Shown: positions 58,314 through 64,000 of the stretch, piece by piece
How the letters are laid out: each line of letters opens with the position of its first letter
How positions within the stretch are numbered: position 1 is the first letter of the stretch
Virus record (IMG/VR): IMGVR_UViG_3300014494_000005
Coordinates: 284,924-348,923 of that record
Length of the DNA stretch: 64,000 bases
Reading direction: 5' to 3' (one strand)
Program-made: the position numbers and the translations under genes
The notes under the pieces: generated by a model
The model's database searches: none
The model's input: only the letters and a program-made list of their open reading frames with translations
Told to the model about the DNA's origin: nothing

Positions 58314-58868
58314 TTAATCTAAATATATTAAACAGCAGTTTTTATATTTTTTGCCTGAAAAACATGGGCATAAATCATTTCTTTGAATCTGTTTTTTTGC
58401 TGGTAATTTATAATTATAATCAACAACATTTTCTTCAATACCATTAAGATGATTAACTTCATGTTGCCAAATTTGTGCTTCAAAACCACCATAAATTTGA
58501 TTTGTATGATGATTACCATCTATATCATCATAACTAACATTGATTGCACGATATCTATCCGCAAGAATTGATTTACCTACCCAAGTAAGACAACCTTCAA
58601 GTTTGGGTTCTATCATTCCAAAATATTTATCAATTTTTGGATTAATAATTAGTTTCCAAGAATTTTCTTTTAAATTTCGAAGAGCAAAGATATTTTGCAT
58701 AAATCTTTGTTCATCTAAGCTACATTGATTTGCTGCCAATCCAACAGCATTATGATGACTACAAGCAAATTCAAGAAATACTTTTAATATTTCGGTATTG
58801 GTTTCGAAATCATGAACAAGTTCAAATACACAAGGGGTTTGTTGATTTGGAATTATTTCAAATTTCAT
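58314..58868 (-). CDS. def: peptide deformylase with C-terminal SEC-C motif
   Basis: VGLAANQ, EGCLT, QHEVNH; RNDLCPCFSGKKYKNCC. Confidence 0.9.
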   Translation of the reverse strand: MKFEIIPNQQTPCVFELVHDFETNTEILKVFLEFACSHHNAVGLAANQCSLDEQRFMQNIFALRNLKENSWKLIINPKIDKYFGMIEPKLEGCLTWVGKSILADRYRAINVSYDDIDGNHHTNQIYGGFEAQIWQHEVNHLNGIEENVVDYNYKLPAKKQIQRNDLCPCFSGKKYKNCCLIYLD

Positions 58869-58879
58869 GATTTTTTATT

Positions 58880-59095
58880 TTAATATGGATTAACCAATCG
58901 ACTTTCTCTCATTACAAATTCTCCACTTTTATATAATTCATCAGCATATTCTTTATCTGTTGTTACAAACATTAAATTATCTTTAGTTCTATGCATTATA
59001 TAACAAGTACAATTACTTTTAGATTCCAATTGTTTATAATATTCAGTAATTATTTTTTTTGCTTTTAAGTAATCTTCTTTTGATATTGTTTCCAT
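58880..59095 (-). CDS. hypothetical protein
   Basis: ORF track. Confidence 0.7.
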   Translation of the reverse strand: METISKEDYLKAKKIITEYYKQLESKSNCTCYIMHRTKDNLMFVTTDKEYADELYKSGEFVMRESRLVNPY

Positions 59096-59123
59096 AATTT
59101 ATTGATTATTTAAAAATAAGTCA

Positions 59124-59450
59124 CTTAGTAATGAATTTATATAGACCCTAACAATGATAATGCCACTGGCACAGACCTTCCCTTGCACAATGGCAAGGAC
59201 AAAAGCGAAGTCGTTTTCTACCTCTGATTAATTATCCCGAAGGTAACTTAGTCAGCAGTCATGGTGGTTTTGTAAAAATCCCATAGAAAACTTGTTTTTT
59301 CGCAAGGAAAGCGATTTTACCTTTTAATGGAGCACATGTCCCCGTAGAGACATTTGCGAATTAACGTTGTTAATTTTTCATATATTTAAAGAACTCATTA
59401 CTAAGCACAAAGAAGAACAGACTCGGCTTGTGCTCTATCTATTCTTCACC
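59124..59450 (-). ncRNA. candidate large structured RNA downstream of coiled-coil gene
   Basis: 14-bp closing helix 59392-59405 with 59124-59137; C(UUCG)G and C(UACG)G loops on - strand. Confidence 0.65.
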
Positions 59451-59458
59451 TTAAGTTT

Positions 59459-60400
59459 TTATTCTTGTTTTGGAAGTTGATTCAAAAATGTATTAATAAT
59501 TTCTTGAAATCTTGGGTCGATTTCAATACGCATACTTGCAATTTCCTTAATACTTGTCTGACGGTCTTTTTCAAATTCAGCTTTAGCTGTATTAAGTGCT
59601 TCATGATGTTTTTTCATTGTAGTATCGTAAGTAAGTTGCAGGTCATTGTTAGTTTTTTCTGCACTATTTTGAGCATCAGCATTAAGTTTGGCAATACGTG
59701 CATTTTCTTCGGTAGTAAGGTTTTTTACTTTTGCTTTGTAATAATTTACCTTTTGTTCAAAGTTACGATGGAGTGCTGCAAGTTCTTCATGAATTTTAAG
59801 AAGTTGTTCAGAAGTATGATGTACTTTTATTTCAACAGGGGTTTTAGTTCCATCACCTTTAATAACCATCCATTCAACTGAAGGTATATTATTAATTTCA
59901 TTGCGTAATCCTGCAAGAATTGACCTTTCATGAATAAATTGACCAATATGTGAGGCATATGCTTCGGCTTCCAGATATTCATTATATTCAGATGCAGTAA
60001 GTTGTTCCCAACCAAATTCTTCATTAACTTGTGATAAAATTACAGGATAAACAAATTTGGGTTTTTCTGGAGTTATACTTTTAAGACCATCGGGTATAGT
60101 ATATGCAATGTTTTTTGCAACATTAAGCAAGTTTTCTTTTGCTTTCATATTTTCCATGAGAAATGCCTGACAAGCATGAAGTTTTGCTTTTTCCTGTAAT
60201 AAAATAACAACATTATCAGGAAGTTTAACACCCTTAACGGTTTCATGGTCTTTACCTTCAACATTTACTGTTTTAGTGTAATTATTTACTGCCATTAATT
60301 GTTTAGCAATTTCAGTAGCTCTTTGATTGCAGAGATTAGAAATTGATTGAGCTTGTGAAAGGCTTAGACCTTTATTCGGAACTAAATTATTTTTCTTCAT
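59459..60400 (-). CDS. long coiled-coil protein of unknown function
   Basis: helical heptad-rich 313 aa; TATATTTG promoter at 60436-43. Confidence 0.9.
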   Translation of the reverse strand: MKKNNLVPNKGLSLSQAQSISNLCNQRATEIAKQLMAVNNYTKTVNVEGKDHETVKGVKLPDNVVILLQEKAKLHACQAFLMENMKAKENLLNVAKNIAYTIPDGLKSITPEKPKFVYPVILSQVNEEFGWEQLTASEYNEYLEAEAYASHIGQFIHERSILAGLRNEINNIPSVEWMVIKGDGTKTPVEIKVHHTSEQLLKIHEELAALHRNFEQKVNYYKAKVKNLTTEENARIAKLNADAQNSAEKTNNDLQLTYDTTMKKHHEALNTAKAEFEKDRQTSIKEIASMRIEIDPRFQEIINTFLNQLPKQE

Positions 60401-60518
60401 GACTTCAAGTTTTTAGTTAATTAAAATTAAGACTGCAAATATAACTATATTTTATTTAAATACAAATTTATTTTAAAAAATAAAAAATTCCCCACAATAA
60501 ATGTGGGGAATTTAATTA

Positions 60519-60896
60519 TTATAGTACTATTACATATTTACCTAACTCACCAATTTTATTGTTCTGATTTCTTTCAGTTATTGATGATTTAAAAAATTTA
60601 GTAGAACCCACCAATAAATTATCTGGTGTCAAATTATCCAAATATGCCCATGAATTGGAAGGATGATTAACAATAATCATATCTTTTACATCATTAGTGT
60701 TTAATCGAATTCTTATCGATTTTTCATTATCCTTAAAATAAGGATGAACACTAATTGCACCAATAGTTGCACCATTTGGTGCAATAAAATAACCTTTAGA
60801 CATAATTGAAGTGAGTACTTCAGTAAGTTTTGTTATACTATTCTCAGTATAACCGTTTTCATGCATAAATGCATGTAATGTGAATAAATTTTTCAT
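60519..60896 (-). CDS. hypothetical protein
   Basis: ORF track; terminator hairpin near 60486-60511. Confidence 0.8.
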   Translation of the reverse strand: MKNLFTLHAFMHENGYTENSITKLTEVLTSIMSKGYFIAPNGATIGAISVHPYFKDNEKSIRIRLNTNDVKDMIIVNHPSNSWAYLDNLTPDNLLVGSTKFFKSSITERNQNNKIGELGKYVIVL

Positions 60897-61032
60897 GTTA
60901 AATTGTTTTTAAGAACAGTGCCGTAATAGCTATCTATTCAGTTAATAATACCAATATGATATTATATTGGGTGCAAATATATAAAAAAATTGGGAAATAT
61001 AAAAATTATTTTAACATATTTTTCGTATTTAT

Positions 61033-61608
61033 ATGAAAATATATACTATGACTCTAAATGACGTAAAAACAGGAGATGACTTTTTAGTTAAAGGTAATAC
61101 TTGGCTAAGTAAAATTATATGTGCAGTAATGAAAAAATGGGGTAAAAAGAATGGTTATGATGTCAGTCTTCTTTTTAGTCATGCAGCACAATTTTTATGG
61201 ATTGCAGATGAATTATATTTATTTGGTTCAGTAGATACTGGTTACAGACCAATTTTATTTAAAAACCACTATAATTGGGATACTGATAATTTTGTTGTAA
61301 TGAGACGTAATGTTGAATTAACTGAAGAAGAAATGAAACAAACAATAAATTATTGTTTACATCTTGATACTGTTTCACAAGGTTATCAATATTGGAATTT
61401 CATTCAATGGTTATTACTTGTATATTTAAATATTAATACATTTAAAGATACTGATAGATTTAATTATTGCTATGAATCTGAAAGAAAATGTAGAAAAAAT
61501 TTAAATCCAGACCATTATGGAGATGTTGCTGAAACAAGTATTTTTGATTTATTGTTTGATAAATTTTATGGAATAATTTATAAATCTAAAAACATTGCTA
61601 TTAAATAA
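61033..61608 (+). CDS. permuted papain-like (YaeF/YiiX-type NlpC/P60) protein
   Basis: GDDFLV...FSHAA (His) before NYCYE (Cys). Confidence 0.6.
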   Translation: MKIYTMTLNDVKTGDDFLVKGNTWLSKIICAVMKKWGKKNGYDVSLLFSHAAQFLWIADELYLFGSVDTGYRPILFKNHYNWDTDNFVVMRRNVELTEEEMKQTINYCLHLDTVSQGYQYWNFIQWLLLVYLNINTFKDTDRFNYCYESERKCRKNLNPDHYGDVAETSIFDLLFDKFYGIIYKSKNIAIK

Positions 61609-61655
61609 TACATATAAGTATTTATTAATAAATAATATTATTTAAAATTTAACAT

Positions 61656-62072
61656 ATGTCAATAAATATAGAACCTGTTTTTGCAAACTCATGGGTTTTG
61701 GGAATGGTTCGTTTAAATACTGGAAATACTGCATCAAATGGTAGTGGTTCAATAACAAAAGTAGTAACTGGTGCTACTAATGGTACTCGTATAGATAAAA
61801 TTACATTTATAAATTCACAATTAATTGCAACTGGTAGTACTGCAATGACAGGCAAAGTCTTCTTATCTAATAATGGCGGTAGTACTTGGTTTTTCTATAA
61901 TGAAATAGCTATTGCAACGGCAACTCGTAGTACAGCAGTTATTGGTGCTAAAAATATAATGATAACTGGTGGTTTATTTCTTCCAAGTGGTGTAATATTG
62001 GGTGTTGCTCAAAGTGTTTATGCTGGTGCAAAAGACCAACAAGATGTTATTGTTGAAGGTGGTAATTTTTAA
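61656..62072 (+). CDS. probable virion/tail-associated protein
   Basis: T/G/S-rich beta pattern (P.F...NTA.NGSG...V.TG..NGTRID.I) recalled from phage tail modules. Confidence 0.5.
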   Translation: MSINIEPVFANSWVLGMVRLNTGNTASNGSGSITKVVTGATNGTRIDKITFINSQLIATGSTAMTGKVFLSNNGGSTWFFYNEIAIATATRSTAVIGAKNIMITGGLFLPSGVILGVAQSVYAGAKDQQDVIVEGGNF

Positions 62073-62330
62073 TTAATTTTTATTTAAAACATAATCAATT
62101 TTATCAACCATATTAATACAATTATTGTGTTTATCAAGTAATGCTACCAATAAAAGTAAGTCTCTACTTTCTTTTAATAATTCAATTATGTTTTTTTGTT
62201 TTGATGTTTCAGATATATAATTTTCGTGTGCTTTCCAACCTTTAAGAAAATATTGTTTAGATGTTTCTTTAGAGTTTTTAATGATATTTTTTATCTCAAC
62301 ATCTGTTAAATTATTTACACTCATTTTCAT
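62073..62330 (-). CDS. hypothetical protein
   Basis: ORF track. Confidence 0.7.
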   Translation of the reverse strand: MKMSVNNLTDVEIKNIIKNSKETSKQYFLKGWKAHENYISETSKQKNIIELLKESRDLLLLVALLDKHNNCINMVDKIDYVLNKN

Positions 62331-62585
62331 GTGTTTTAAGATAGTTTTGATATTCGGTTTTAGTTAAAAAAACTGTTTCACCATCAGAAGTACTTGCAAT
62401 AATAGCTCCATCTTCATAGGTATTTATTATAAAAAGTTCATTCATATTTGTGATGTCTTATTATGTGATTATCTGATTTTAACAATACATTATAATTATT
62501 ATGTAGATAATGTTTACCTGCCTTTGGTCTATGATGATTTAAATAAGGATTTTTCCTTGTAGTACCACAAGCAATAATTAATAAT

Positions 62586-62715
62586 ATTGTAAAAATTAAT
62601 TGTATGTTTTTCATTCTTTTCGTTTTTAAATGTTACAAAAAAATAATAAAATTGTAAAAATTAATTGTATGTTTTTCATTCTTTTTGTTTTTAAATGTTA
62701 CAAAAAAATAATAAA
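62586..62715 (+). repeat. 2 x 65-bp direct repeat, one mismatch
   Basis: units begin at 62586 and 62651. Confidence 0.9.
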
Positions 62716-62719
62716 ATTG

Positions 62720-63019
62720 TTACAAATTTTTAATCAATTCTTCTAATTTATTTTGATTTTTTTCTTTTGAAAGTTTGTATAATTCTTGAGGAGTGAGAGT
62801 CAATAGTTCTTCAAAGCTATAACGTAGATAATCTTTTTCATTTTCATCATATTCTAATTGATTTTTTGATAACCATATGGGTGAATATTCTTTATCAATA
62901 CTACCCAAATCTTCATTTATCATATGATTATTTACTTCATTTAAATATTTAATACGTTCAGCATTTAACTTAATCCATAGATTACGTTCAGATTCTGATT
63001 TAAAAAAATTTTTTGACAT
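62720..63019 (-). CDS. hypothetical protein
   Basis: ORF track. Confidence 0.75.
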   Translation of the reverse strand: MSKNFFKSESERNLWIKLNAERIKYLNEVNNHMINEDLGSIDKEYSPIWLSKNQLEYDENEKDYLRYSFEELLTLTPQELYKLSKEKNQNKLEELIKNL

Positions 63020-63031
63020 AATTACTTATAA

Positions 63032-63841
63032 TTAAATTGGTAACAAAACTTTATTAAGTAAATTAGTACTCACATGTGTATAAATTTCAGTTGTTTTAGA
63101 ACTACTATGTCCAGCTATTTTTTGAATAACTCTTAAATCTGTTCCTTGCTCTAATAAAGCAGTAAAACAAGAATGTCTAAGTAAATGAAAATGATATTCT
63201 TTACCTATATAATGTTTTACTAATTTATTACAACTCTCAGAAGAATACTGTAAAGAATTATTTTGCCCGTTAAATAAATAAATTTTAGGCTTAAATCGCA
63301 CATAATATTTTCGTAGTATCTCTAATATGTTTCGAGATAATGGAACTATTCTGTCTTTTTTACCTTTTGCTTGTCTAATATTTATAAGCATTCTTTTTGA
63401 ATCAATATCTTCTATCTTTAAATTAATAACCTCACTCACTCTTAATCCAACAGAATACGCTAAAGAAATAATTGCTTTATGCTTTAAATTTTGAATCTGG
63501 TTTATTTTATCGAGCAAAAAATCTCTATCAATTATCTGGGGTAAGTGTTTTTCTTTACGAGGTCTCTGAAAATTAATTTTGTCATATTTTTTATCGAGGA
63601 CCTTTTCATAAAGAAATTTAATTGCATTAATTATCTGATTTTGTTGTGAAATAGAAGTAAAATGATATTTATTAAGATAATTTTGAAAATCATTTGAAAC
63701 TAAATGTTGAGGATACTTATCCACAACAATTAAAAAATTTTCAATATAATAAATATAAATTTCAATAGTATGTCTTGAGTAATTAAAATAATTTAATTTT
63801 TCAAAACAAATCTTTAAAATGTTGATGTATTTATTGTTCAT
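63032..63841 (-). CDS. tyrosine recombinase with SAM-like N-terminus
   Basis: GLRVSE (R), HLLRH, GHSS, TEIY; lacks the IntI-specific insertion. Confidence 0.95.
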   Translation of the reverse strand: MNNKYINILKICFEKLNYFNYSRHTIEIYIYYIENFLIVVDKYPQHLVSNDFQNYLNKYHFTSISQQNQIINAIKFLYEKVLDKKYDKINFQRPRKEKHLPQIIDRDFLLDKINQIQNLKHKAIISLAYSVGLRVSEVINLKIEDIDSKRMLINIRQAKGKKDRIVPLSRNILEILRKYYVRFKPKIYLFNGQNNSLQYSSESCNKLVKHYIGKEYHFHLLRHSCFTALLEQGTDLRVIQKIAGHSSSKTTEIYTHVSTNLLNKVLLPI

Positions 63842-63877
63842 AATTAATTAGTTAAGTAGTAAACTTTATATATTATA

Positions 63878-63911
63878 GTTAGGTGCAAGCGTGGGTCGGC
63901 TGCGCTTGCAC
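63878..63911 (+). other. GTTRRRY core-like site plus GC-rich hairpin
   Basis: GTTAGGT 63878-84; GTGCAAGCG/CGCTTGCAC stem. Confidence 0.5.
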
Positions 63912-63918
63912 ACTATTA

Positions 63919-64000
63919 CTATTTTGAACTTGACGAGCTACTTTTAAAAAGTATGCCAGCTAATAAGTTCAATCCTAATGCCTGCCAAAATCCGATTTTA
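63919..64000 (-). CDS. C-terminus of a small membrane protein (cut by window edge)
   Basis: KIGFWQALGLNLLAGILFKSSSSSSK*. Confidence 0.65.
   Translation of the reverse strand, partial: KIGFWQALGLNLLAGILFKSSSSSSK

Noticed and set aside
59161-59183. Cobalamin riboswitch words GCCACTG and GGGAAG
   Set aside because: They lie on opposite strands and the GUGnAAnUCC core is missing.
63032-63841. Integrase as proof of a prophage
   Set aside because: No repressor module, att duplication or host genes in the window.
63945-64000. attC left arm (GCCAGCTAAT...TTCAA)
   Set aside because: Better explained as the coding 3' end of a minus-strand membrane protein.

Overview
A very AT-rich (roughly 25% GC by eye), gene-dense fragment of a large tailed phage. 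The host is probably Bacteroidota: there are TAnnTTTG -7 promoters and A-rich leaders without Shine-Dalgarno sites. No capsid, terminase or polymerase core genes are present, so this is accessory/early DNA. Recognisable genes include an ECF sigma factor, two tandem PRTases, DUF932, Gp88-like, two EndoVII-type HNH nucleases, GIY-YIG-HTH, LAGLIDADG, a DUF6745-like repeat protein with its partner, rIIA and rIIB, DUF262, a macrodomain, an AAA+ ATPase, a ClpP-like protease, two orphan TnpBs, an NDT-like enzyme, peptide deformylase, a permuted NlpC/P60 protein and a tyrosine recombinase. The strongest unannotated structure is non-coding. (1) There are 35 copies of TGTAAC-N16-CGTA, an ECF-type promoter often fused to the upstream terminator, giving single-gene cassettes around the phage's own ECF sigma. 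(2) Three ORF-less ~75-nt elements share an identical 31-bp promoter and a fixed 23-nt variable segment. (3) Two ~280-nt structured RNA candidates occur, one directly after a coiled-coil gene. (4) The heptamer AWTGTAC is heavily clustered. (5) An integron-like core site lies next to the recombinase. All family names are recalled from motifs; no database search or folding program was run.
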